Both the position numbers and the translations under genes were made by a program. The notes beneath the pieces are model-generated. The model ran no database searches. It saw only the letters and a program-made list of their open reading frames with translations, and was not told where the DNA came from. From contig JBHGNT010000004.1 of NCBI GenBank assembly GCA_043228905.1, forward strand, positions 15,190,001 to 15,254,000: a stretch of DNA of 64,000 bases. Reading direction: 5' to 3'. Position 1 is the stretch's first letter; each line of letters begins with the position of its first letter. Source of the DNA: Azolla caroliniana (lineage: Eukaryota > Plantae > Polypodiophyta). Shown one piece after another: positions 35,695 to 47,209 of this stretch.

Positions 35695-36136
35695 TGTTAC
35701 CGACCGGTGAAGAAGGCTTAAGGAGGTCCAAACCAGAGTGTGAAAGGAATAGTTATTCGGGAACTATTGTAATTAGTAGTTATAAGAAGATGTGGACGGA
35801 CGGACCGGAATCGGTATGCTGATCCGGATCCGGAACGATTCCGTAAAGGTGTCGTTTGGCACCGTTTTGTATTTCGCACTGGAGACCTGTATAAAGGCCC
35901 GGTTACAATGTAATCATGAGAGGATAATTAATAAAGCGTATTGTCTTAATCTTCAAGTGTTGATTACCGTTCTGTATTTATTGTTATATCTTACGCATGT
36001 TAATTACGGATGGCTAAGTAATCGATTAAGGTCTAATTAAGCGTTGTGTCGTAAGTCATTCTGCCGTACCACCCTTTGGTGACGTGTCTTAAGTGGACAC
36101 CCTTGGTTAGGTTGTTGTCTGGCCCTAGCAATAACA
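35695..36136 (+). repeat. 3' LTR of element A
   Basis: Direct repeat of 7662-8103. Confidence 0.95.
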
Positions 36137-36568
36137 GGTGTAGACCATGATACAACATATTCTTTACCGGGTACTAACCGGTGTGGTTAATGATCGTAAT
36201 ACATGAGTAAGATATATTATAGTAAGCACAGAACGGTAATTAACTAAGCTTCCAGGATTAAATTAGATATAGAACAACAACACTTTCATTAATAAACCGT
36301 TATCTCATTACAAACAGACTAGGTCCTTTTATTGGTCACCGGTTTTGGGTACGAACCGGTGCCAACCGACAACCGGCCACAAACCGGTTTGGATCCGGAT
36401 CGGCATACCGATCCCGGGTTCGTCCGTTCGCTTCAATAATTATAGATTAATTCTAAAATAAATATCCCTTCCCCATTTGGGACTTTATCCGGCTTGTCAG
36501 TCTTTGCCAGTCAACACATGGCACGCCCATGGGACATACCTTGTGCGTCGAATCCCACGGTTCGCCCT

Positions 36569-39500
36569 TCAAGCTTCCTCCAAAATGTCCAGAATGCTCT
36601 GATCCAAGGGTTCTAAAGGCTCATCGGGTAGCTACTCTATCCTCTATTGCTGCTCCTGCTCCTGCTGCTTTGCTGCTCCTGCTCCACTAGTCTCTCCGGT
36701 TCTGTTGGTCCTGAGGCTTTCGGTTTTGGTTCTATTGGTTTGGGCTCCTCCTGTTGATGGTTTCCAGTGTGCAAGTTTCCATCCTTCGGCTGCTCCGTCG
36801 TAGTTATGTTTGGCTGGCTTCCCCTAGTTTCAGCTTCATTCAGCGCCTACTCCGAAGACTACTCTTCATTACTGATATTGATCGCCACAATTCTTTTGGC
36901 CACTTCTTGTTGTTGCCGTTTGCGTTCATACCGCTCGAGCTAGAGTTGGATATCCAACTGGTTGTCATCTAGCTGCTCCACCAATCGCCTCACCGCTACC
37001 AATTGGTCCCCGGCTAACGATAGGAAGTCGTCCAACAATTCCTCCCTTATGGTTACAATGTTCTTGTTACTCGTAAGAATATATGGGGAGGCATAAGGGT
37101 ATGTGTAATGATGTGGTTTATGTGTATGTGTAAAGCAAATGAGTGTGTGAGGATGAGTATGTGTATGGACACATGCACAATTATGTGCATGTGTACAAGA
37201 ATGTATAACGGTCTTATTTATAACGGTCATGTAACCGTTACATTAGATGTATTATATAAACCCCCTATGGGGTATGTAATGAGATATACATTTTTCCCCT
37301 CTCATTTTGTGTCATTTTGTATTTGTTTTCTCTCTTGCTCTCTCTCAATCGTAACCCCCTTGGGAGAATGGCTTCACCCCCCACCCCAACAACACTTTTG
37401 GCATGCTTGAAAGGCCGACCCTCCTTTGAGAAGAAATCACATCTCCCTCCCTCACTCTCCTCTCCAGCACTAATCTCTCTCTCTCTCCTTTGTTGTGTGT
37501 TGTTACTATCTATCTTAGAGAGAGTGGTTTTGCGCATAGACCTCTGTATGGTGATCCTTATTATTAAAGGTTCTAGAGATTTAGAGATTTAGTGAGATGA
37601 CTATCTTTTTGCTCTTCCCCCTATCTTTTGTGTGTTGTAATATGTCATTCTTCTTTTTTCCAAATTGACCTTTAACTTTGATTTCAAGAAAGAAACCCTA
37701 ATCTTTCTGTGCTTAGACGTAGCTATATTGTTCTCTCTCTATAGAAAGCAACTATCTACAAAGGAAAGAGAACGAATCTGTGGATATTTGGAAGTTTTGG
37801 CTTCTTCATCAGCGTTATCATTTTCACCATAATCACCATCACCATCATCAGATACCCTCCTCCGGATAGCAGCAACTCCTCTGGTGGGATGGGGGAGATT
37901 GAGGTATGTGGACCAGCAGCTCTGCCATAACCGGTAGCAAATCGGTATGATGGCGGGAATATAAGTTACAATTTCTATGTAAGGGGTTTGTCCTACATTA
38001 ATCTTTCACTAAGAAGTCTGATCTGATCATCCGAAAGTGGAGTAGAAATGGGAGCATGTCTCTCTCACAACATAGATGGAATTGCTAGTACTAATGAATA
38101 TGACTGTGTTGCTTGTTGTGGTGAACATGATCCTTCTCGATGAAGACGAAGAAAATTTAAAGGGAAAGAAAGGAAGAGGCATTTATGGAGATACTCACTG
38201 CTGATCCCATCAAATCGATGAGTACAATGCCACTACCCTCTCCATCAGCATAGATACTATTAAGGATCAGCATGGTTGCTTTGTTAGCAGACCTTCGAAG
38301 TTTGATTTTTCATAAAAGAAGTCCAAGAAGCACAGTGGCGAGAAGAAAGAGTTCAAGCCGCTACAGCCATTCGAGCGACGGTCGAACAATGGCCGGGTAG
38401 TGGTCAGACAATGCCCGAATAGCGGCGGCTGATGCCGAACGGCAGTAGCCGATAGTGGCCGAGTGGTGGCCAGATAGTGGTCAAATGGTGGCTGGAGAGT
38501 GGCCGAATGGTAGTGCAGATTGGTCAGACAAAATATATAAAACTCACTTCACATGAGGAAAGAAAAAATACATAAGCACACAACACGATTTCACGACCCA
38601 TGCCGCAGTGAACTAGCCGATTTGTGTATGATCCAATCGTGCATTGTGCTGACTGAACGAGAAGGTTCGAGTCAAGCAAAGCTCCAATCAAAGTTATCGA
38701 TCGTAGAGCAGTGATCTGGTTGAGGGATTTTCAACCGTTGAGACGACTGATGGAGTTCCGGTCGAGAAGAGTTGCCATGGCGAGTGGGTTCACCATGCAA
38801 TGCACTGTCCCACAGGTGTGCCATGTTTTACCCGTAAGAATATATGGGGAGGCATAAGGATATGTGTAATGATGTGGTTTATGTGTATGTGTAAAGCAAA
38901 TGAGTGTGTGAGGATGAGTATGTGTATGGACACATGCACAATTATGTGCGTGTGTACAAGAATGTGTAACAGTCTTATTTATAACGGTCATGTAACCGTT
39001 ACATTAGATGTATTATATAAACCCCCTATGGGGTATGTTATGAGATATACATTTTCCCCCTCTCATTTTGTGTCATTTTGTATTTGTCTTTCTCTCTTGC
39101 TCTCTCTCTATCATAACCCCCCCCTTGGGAGGGGGGTGAAGCCATTCTTGGCTTCACCCCCCACCCCAACAACAGTTCTCCTCGTCCAGTTTATAGAAAT
39201 CATTGTCATCCTTCCGCCGATTCTCCACATCCGCTCGCAGCAATTGTAACTCCACCACCTGCTTAGCCCATTGAGACCACCATTGAACCAAACTTTCTTC
39301 CACTAGTCTCTTCGTCCGCTCTCTCCTTGTCCGCACTAGATCACGGATCTGCCCCAGCCCCATCTTCGACTTATTCTCCGCGGCCTGTTTTTCGTCTTTC
39401 AATTGTTTGATAAGGCTCGTGGTTGCCACTTCTTGGCTTCTGTAGTGCATGAGTTGTGTCTGATAGGTCGTCTGAACTTTGTTCAGAGCCATTTTAGCGT

Positions 39501-41456
39501 GCTCTGTTGCCTCCAAGTGCCGACGGGTCAGTTCCATTCATTCTTTTGCCACTTTCGCCAGTCTTTTCGTTGCTTCAGACCCCTTCGATTGTTCCTCCAC
39601 CAAGGCCGCCGCAGTCCGGTTAACCCCAGCCCGAAGTTCCCGTAACTTCTCCTGCTGCCGATCACTTTCAGTGATCAATTTCTTGTGTTCCGCATCCAAG
39701 TGTTTGTGATCCTGGTGCAGCCGATCAAATTCGTCTGTTTTTTGTTTCAGACTTTGATTGATCAGACAGCGAGCCCGGTCTTCCCGGTCCTTTTGTTGTT
39801 GGAGCTCTTCCTTGAGTCGCTCGATCGCCACTTCCGTCGAGTGCCGGAGTTTGTCCTTTTCCTGCAATAGTTTTTCTTTTTCTTCCTTCAGCCGGTCATA
39901 TGCTTGATGACCTTTATGCAGGCTTTCTTCGACTCGTCGGAGACTTTCGGCTAATTTCCTTTGTTCTTCCTCCGTCGTCTTCTTCCCTTCACGTTCTCTA
40001 GCCCTTAAGGCCTCTTGGGCTTCCAATTCTTCTTTCGGCATGGCGAGTTCTTGTTCCTGTGCCTTATTCGCATCTGGGACTGTTTCAGTCACTCGGGTCT
40101 TATTATTCTGTACACTCACCGGTGCCACCGGTTCTAATTGTTGTGGTCCTTCGATGACCAACTGAGCCGCCTCTTCTCTGGTCTTTTCCACCTCTTGTTC
40201 CATGCTCCGGATTCTTGACTGGGCCTTCTCTAGTTCTTCGGTTGTGGCGAGCAACCGTTCCACATGTGCTCTCTCTTCTACTTCTATGTGGCACACCACC
40301 CCGACCACTTGTTCTCCTATTGACCGTAGCCATTGGCTACCAGTGCTTTGTTGCCATGCCGGTTCCGGTCGTGGTGTGGCTTCTTCACTCACTAGGAACC
40401 TCTTCTAGGTGGTTAGTGGCAAATCCTATTCTTGTTGCTATTGCTGCGTCGGCGACACCGGCAATTCAATCCCCGGTATTTGAACATCCGGTTCCACTAT
40501 TTCTTGCCGCACAGGTGCTACTAACACCGGCTCTGATTGACCTCCTCGCGGCGGGGCTTTTGTATACTGTCCCTTACCGGACTTGATTCCTCCCCTCTGT
40601 GGCCCTCATCATGTGTCTGCTTGCGACCTACTAGGGGCTCAACAGGTTCTTCTTCCTGCTCCTCTGCTAGGGTGTCACTATTGATTAACGCTGCCAAGGG
40701 GTCTTGCTCCTGTGGTTGTTGTGCCGATTGTTGTTCCGGCTGGCACAACTTAATTTTCAAGGGTCTCACCGGTGTCTCCTTCTCTACCGTATGCTTCCGA
40801 CTAGGCTGCTCCTTCGCCTTCTGTGAGGAACCGGTTGCTTTCCATCCGATCGATTGTTTAGCCATTAGTTGCTACCTTTTTGAAAATTGGTTGGGGGTTG
40901 ATTCAATCAGTCTTCCTCGCTTCTTTGGCTGCATCGGCTCTAACGGCGGTGCTAAAAGAGTGAGCCATTGCACCACCGCTGTCCACATCTTCTTGCCCTC
41001 CTTTACTGAGGCTATGGCCGTGCTCAAACTATCGGCGATGATCACCGGCCAATCCACCTGTACCCCCTCATAAGTCACTATAATAAAACCAGCTCTATTC
41101 TTTGGCATAGCCGGGGGTCCAGGGTGTACATGCCCATACTCATGAAGCACACGAGCAACCTCTCGGAATATGGCGTCCTCGCCGCCTTGCGTGCGGTACG
41201 CCTTGCTGGCCAGGGAGTACTCACCGAAGAACTTCGTGAGCATCTCCGGTGAAGCGTTGTCGATTGAGAATAATCCACCCTCTGGTAGGCCGGTCATGGC
41301 ACAAATGGCCTCTTTTTTTATGACCTCCGGATCGATCTCTTGCACCACTTTCTCCGCCTCGCTGTGTGGAGGTGCCTCGACGATTCTTAGGAACCCTTCC
41401 AAGCCGTGTTGTTTGAACCATTTCTTGGCCGCTTCCGAGAGTGCCATGTGTTCCAT
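36569..41456 (-). pseudogene. Extra 3' ORF of element B, interrupted by a TRIM-like insertion
   Basis: MEHMALSEAAKKW..VQVDWPVII and coiled coil HKGHQAYDRLKEEKEK align with the A extra ORF. Confidence 0.8.
37065..39174 (+). mobile_element. Non-autonomous LTR element (TRIM/LARD-like, 2.1 kb)
   Basis: LTRs 37065-37394 and 38826-39174, TSD GTTCT on both sides, no gag/pol, and the same pre-LTR motif as A and B. Confidence 0.9.
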
Positions 41457-41781
41457 CTCGCCGTCTGAGAGTATGGGACTTGGTAGGAATACTATGTCTG
41501 TGCGTTCCTCTTGCGTTCGTCTGATCACTCTTAATCGGTTGTGTGCGCTTAGTGCTCTGTTCTCGCGAAATGAGAGGGACTCTGTGAGGCGGAGGTTTTG
41601 TCTCTCCATGCTTGGCGCCTTTTCTTGATTCCCGCGCATGCATGTCATGTACTATTATAGCAGTCGGTTGACACATGGTGGGCTTTAATTAGCCACCAAC
41701 CACACCCTCTTCAAAGTGCCTGTTCGCTCCTCGCCTATGCATGACTTTTCTTTTTCTTTTTTCTTTTTAATTAATTAATCA

Positions 41782-44700
41782 TTAGTCCTGGTTTTCTGGT
41801 AACACCGACTCCTCTTGGTTACCAGCCAATTGCTTGCCGCTTCGGGTTTCCATGTTGGTCTCTACCTGATGGAACGGGTTTGGTGGCATGGGCCCGTAAT
41901 AGGGTTTAAGCCGGAACCCATTTACCCATTTGTCTAGTACCTTGCCGGCAAGCGTGCCTAATTGGTAAGAACCGTTGAATTCTCTTGTGATCCAGTATGG
42001 ACCGGTCCACCGGAACCGTAGCTTGCCCAACATCGTACCCATCCGTGTCTGAAATACGAGCACCGGCTTGCCGATTCCGAACAACTTCTCATTGCCCTTC
42101 TGGTGCCTGTCAACGAATACCTTCCTTCATCGTTGCTCTAGTTCCAACTGCATGATACTCGCTATCCGATGCTCTTCTAGCTCACATAGTGCCGCCAATC
42201 GGATTTTCTCTGATTCCTTTTCACTCATTCGATCCCGGACATGTATTCGTAAGCTCGGTACTTGAAATTCAATCGCCATCACCGCTTCTAGTCTGAATGC
42301 TAACTTGAATGGTGTCGACCTGATGCTCGTTTTATATGTCGTCCGGTACGCCCATAATGCATTATGCAACTTCGTGTCCCAATCTGTCTAGTTTCCGTTG
42401 ACGATCTTCCGGAGGATGTTCTGTAGTGTCTTGTTGGTGGACTCGGCCAATCCATTGGCCTGCGGGTAGTACGGAGTGCTGCACTTGTGTAATACCGCGT
42501 AGAACGTTGTTAGGCTCTCCACTACTTGACCGAGGAAGTGTCCACCCTGGTTGCTAATTAATTCGATTGGACATCCGTAACAACACCAGATGTACTCGTA
42601 GAGAAACTTCGTTGTTGATGCCGTGATATTGTCTCGCAAAGCCTTCGCCTCTACCCACTTGGTGCAATAATCCATAGCAACAATGACGTATTTGTTGCCG
42701 GTTCTCATGGTTGGCGGCTTCAATGATCTGACGAAGTCCAGCCCCCAATTTTGAAATGGTTCCAGGGGTAGTACCGGCTCATGAGGCATCCGTGCCTATT
42801 CTGTCAATTGGCCCATTCGTTGGCCCAAATCACATTCCTTCATATATCGGACCGAATCGTTTAGTGTCGTTGGCCACCATATCCCACTGCGCCATATCTT
42901 TCTTGTTGTAGCTTCACCAGCATAGTGTCCTTCGACGACTCCACAATGTGCTTCCCGTAATATGATGTCCTTTTCATCACTCCGCACCGCTCTCCGCCAT
43001 ATTCCATCGGCTCCCTTGTGGTATAGGGTGTCCTATAATAAACAAAAATGTCGGCTTTGGACTGCAAATCGTTTCTGCTCGTCTATGTTCATCTCTTTCG
43101 GTGGTAGTCCCGTGCTTAAGAACTGATGCATGTACGTTAGCCATTTTTCCTCATCCGGAACTGTCCTATCCGTTGTGGTTTCTGCTGTGATTTTAAACAG
43201 TTTGGCATTCGGAAACTCATCTGGTACGCCGTCATTTGCCTAGTTGGTTTCTAACTGGCTCAAATAGTCGGCAACCGTGTGTTGTATACCCGGTCGGTGA
43301 TAAATTTCCAACTCGAATTCTTGTGAGGGATGCCTTAGAGACCAAGTATAACAATTCAGAATGGTCTACGTGAAATGAAAATTTACGGCCCAACAAATAG
43401 TGCCGGAACTTCATGACAGTATAAATCATCCCCAAGGCTTCTCTCTCCATTGTGGAAGAATTTCGTTCCGCTTGTGACAGTTTTCGGCTCGCATAGTATA
43501 CCGGCTGGCACCACTTGGGTTCAGTCAGTTGTATAAGTACGCTACCGATTGCTATGTCTGATGCATCGACGAACACATGAAACTCTTTGGACCAGTCCGG
43601 GGGTTGTACTACCGGTGCTTGCGATAGTAGTACTTTTAGCGCGCGGTAAGCATCTTCCTTTGTAGTCGTCCATTGAAATGTTGTCCGGTGAACCGCAACA
43701 TGCAGCGGTGTTGCAAGATCTACCAAATACCGGAGCATCCCGCTATGCCACCGGATTTTTCCTAAGAATCTGCTTAATGCTTTGTCCGTCATTGGTGTCG
43801 GTGCCTCCAAAATTGCCCTGACTTTGTCCGGGTCTACTGCTATCCCATCCTTGCTGACAATATGGCCAAGAACCGTACCATTAGCCACCCCGAATACACA
43901 CTTTGCCGGGTTCAAGCTTAGCCGGTATCCCCTTGCTGTTTATACACCGCGAAGTTTTCTAGGAACACCTGCATAAACGCCGGGATGAACTCTCCAAATA
44001 TTTCCATGATTATCCGTTGAAAGGTCGTCGGCGCTGTCTTGAGTCCAAACATCATCACTACGGCAAAAAAAACTCCCCACTCGGTAACGAACACCGTCTT
44101 TTCTTGGTCATCGGGGTGCATCCGTATTTGATTGTAACCAGCGACCGTGTCTAGAACTCCATCCGTGAATGGAAGTGGAAAGGCATTGGTCACCGTCACG
44201 GCATTCAGTTTCCCGTAATCGACACGCACCCGGACCTTACCGTTCTTCTTCGACACGACTACTATCGGACTCAACCATGTGACTTTCGTTACCAACCGAA
44301 TAATACCGACTTGGAGTAACTTGTTGATTTCTTCTTTTACCCTTACCGCATAATCAGGGTTCATTTGGTAGCGCCTTTGTGCTAACGGTTTGGCGTCTTT
44401 GCTGAGATGTATCTGGTGTTGATACAGTTGCGGCTCCAGCCCTCGCATATCCTCATAGGACTAGGCAAATATGTCTCCGAATTCTTTCAATAGTGTAATC
44501 ATTGCCGTTTTGTTTTCCAGTGACATTTCTTTGGCAATATGTATCGGTAGTGCTTCCTCTCCAGTTCCTAAGTTTACTTCTTCTAGCTGGGACGCCTTGA
44601 CCCTTTGAGATACCGCCATTTCCTGTTCCAAGGCCTCCTGTGCTTGACGTAGTTCTCTGATGGCATCTTTATCTGGTTCCTCTCTGGCATCTCTCGGTTG

Positions 44701-46096
44701 TGCCATATACGGGGAGATTGCTTCTGCCACATCTATTTCAAATAAGGGTATGATTTTTGGATTATCCTTCAGATACTGATCGACTTCCTCGTCGGCGAGT
44801 CCTTCCAACATATTAACACTTTCAGCGTATAACGATGTTAGCCCTTTGCCAGTTCCGGTTTGAGGATGTGTCGGTACCCGTACTTTGGTTTTGCCTCGTC
44901 GGAACATAATCATGTTCTTCCACCAGTTCTGCTTAATGTGCGTCGTCCGCAACCATGGTCGTCCAAGCAATAGTGGGTAAGCCCCTTGGGTATTTAACTG
45001 GAGAACCACCGTAGAAATGCGGAATGCATGTCCTCCAATTGTTACCTCTAGATCTCGTATTAAACTGGTGGGTCTTACCGAACTCGTATCTGTCATCCGG
45101 AGGCAAAACGGGCAAGGCTCCCACTCTTGGATTCCCAGGGTGTCACAAGTACGAAGGCTTATTACATTGACGCCCGATTCTTCGTCGACGATCGTCCCTG
45201 GTAGCTCGCATCCTTTGACAAGGACAATGATTGCGAGACTGCTTGTGTCTACCACCGCCGGCCCTTCCTCTGGGTTGGAAAAGAAAGTCAGAGCCGGCGA
45301 CGAGTCTGGTGGTGTTATTGCCGATTTCAGCCCGTCCGTGAACCAGGGTACTAATTGTAGTAGCCAGCCTAATGGCAACGTAATTTGACATTCCTATAAC
45401 ACCTACCATGTTGGGTTTTTTGGCTGGAATGTGTCGGTGAGCTCCGCTGGTGCCACCTTTTGTTGTTTGACTTTGGCCGCATTAACTTCGTTCGCCTTCT
45501 CTACCCATTCGGTGGCCTGTTTCCGGATAGCCTCTTGTGCTTTCCACTCCGTCGACTTTCCTTTTGACCTGGTGGTGACTTGTTGTATATCTGTAACCTC
45601 TGCTACCACCATATTGACTATCGGTCACTTTTTGTTACTTTTCACTGAGCATTGGTTGTTGTAATGGCCTTCCTGTTGGCAATAATAACAATACGCTTTC
45701 CGGGTATTGTTGGATTCTGCTTTAGACCTGGTACTTGGTTGAAATCCTGTTGCCAGTCTATTAGGCTCTTTCGTTCGCCTTTGTTCTGGTTGGGTGTCAC
45801 TCAAGCCTCTCTTCGACTCTCGTGGGTATTCCTTCGCCGGTTCTTGACGCTCCTCCTTTCGGTTGTTTCATTTCTTATTAAAACGTCGGTGATTCTTGTA
45901 TCCTTGTTGGAGGTGATCTTCGTAATCCCTGCGCTGATCCTCTCTCCTCCGGTTGGAACTCGGAGAGTGATCGCGATCAGAACGGTCACCATTATAATCC
46001 TGGTACCTGTCGTACCGGTCTCGGTCATAAGTGTCCCTTCTGTCGCTGTACCAGACATCTTGTACTGGCCGGTAACGCTCGTCTCGATGCCAACGT
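41782..46096 (-). pseudogene. Element B gag C-terminus and pol, disrupted
   Basis: Protease 44461-45378, RT 43918-44448, RNase H 43232-43915, integrase 41782-42987; collinear with A. Confidence 0.9.
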
Positions 46097-47169
46097 TGTC
46101 GTGACGTGGCTCGCCTAGAAGCGTAGCGTTGCGCACACAAAGGATAACGTGAAAGTGAGGAAGCAATCACTAGGATTATGGACAGAAGAGACAAAAGAGT
46201 AGAGATGGAGTGAATAGAGATCAATAAGATATGACAAAATAGGATTTTTAAGGAATATAAGATAAGACAAGATAAGATATAAAATAATATATGAGAAAGT
46301 GTATGAAATTTATAATCATTTTCATGAAAGAGTTACAAAATGATTGTACACGTCGTTGAACCTCCGAACTTTGTCTTGCAAGGTAATCGCTCTTCTCTGT
46401 CTTGATCGTAGACCACTACAATCTTCACTTCAATATTTTGATGAAGATAAGGCTCGAACCGCCTCCCTCTTGTTGAGAGTTGACCACCACAACCACCAAG
46501 CTAGAGCTCCACCTTTATGTTAAACTTCTTCTCTTCTTTATCTATTTTTATGGTATCTCTTATGTAATACATAATTTGATTGATATCTCATACATATCTC
46601 TCCTTTTGATCTTCTCTTTCACCCTTTAAATAGGTGCCCCCATGCATATGATGCATTGGAGGGTACACGACATGCATGTGATGCATGATAAACATCTCAC
46701 TCATTTGAGCTTTTATGTATGAAACAATATATGCAATAAGAATAAACATGAAAATATAATCTTAGTGAGAAAGGACCTAGCCTAATGGTAGGTGTGTTGA
46801 CTTTGGTGTATGAGGTTGTGGGTTCGAGTCTCAAAATACTATTGAATACAACATACAACTTTATTTTTATATCATGAAGCAAATCCTTTATGTAATATAA
46901 AGCATATATTTTATGTATATTACTAGTATAGAGTAAATGGTAAGATTTGAGAGTCATAGGGTGGGGTTATTGGTTCAAGTCCTCTTTGTTCGTGTAATAT
47001 AATATATTTATCTATATATATATATATTATTTTTCTTTACATATATATCTAATATTATCATATGTGTTGTTAATATTATCTTTATATATAAAACATTATC
47101 AAATGTTATTTTAGTTACGTATTTATCTTATTGTAGACTTTTAATGTGAAGCTTTCGTACTTCACAACA
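46097..47169 (-). repeat. 3' LTR of element C with three tRNA-like A/B-box cassettes (46450-46505 -, 46773-46832 +, 46926-46985 +)
   Basis: Direct repeat of 52892-53858 with indels. Box pairs TAGCTTGGTGG/GGTTCGAGCC, TAGCCTAATGG/GGTTCGAGTC and TAGAGTAAATGG/GGTTCAAGTCC. Confidence 0.85.
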
Positions 47170-47209
47170 TCCACCCCCTCTAGACCTGCACATCCTCCGG
47201 CATGTGCCA

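Larger units (their letters stand above)
7662..36136 (+). mobile_element. Gypsy element A (non-chromovirus), full length with nested insertions
   Basis: Two 442-bp LTRs (7662-8103, 35695-36136), about 22 differences by eye. PBS TGGCGACCAC at 8111. Domain order gag-pro-RT-RH-INT. Flanks AGTG/GGTG may be a degenerate 4-bp TSD. Confidence 0.92.
7580..46096 (-). mobile_element. Gypsy element B (non-chromovirus, Athila/Phygy/Selgy-like); 3' LTR split into 7580-7661 and ~36137-36516 by element A; 5' end lost
   Basis: Both LTR pieces are reverse-complement homologues of the A LTR. The internal gag-pol (41782-46096) and extra ORF are collinear with A. Confidence 0.8.
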
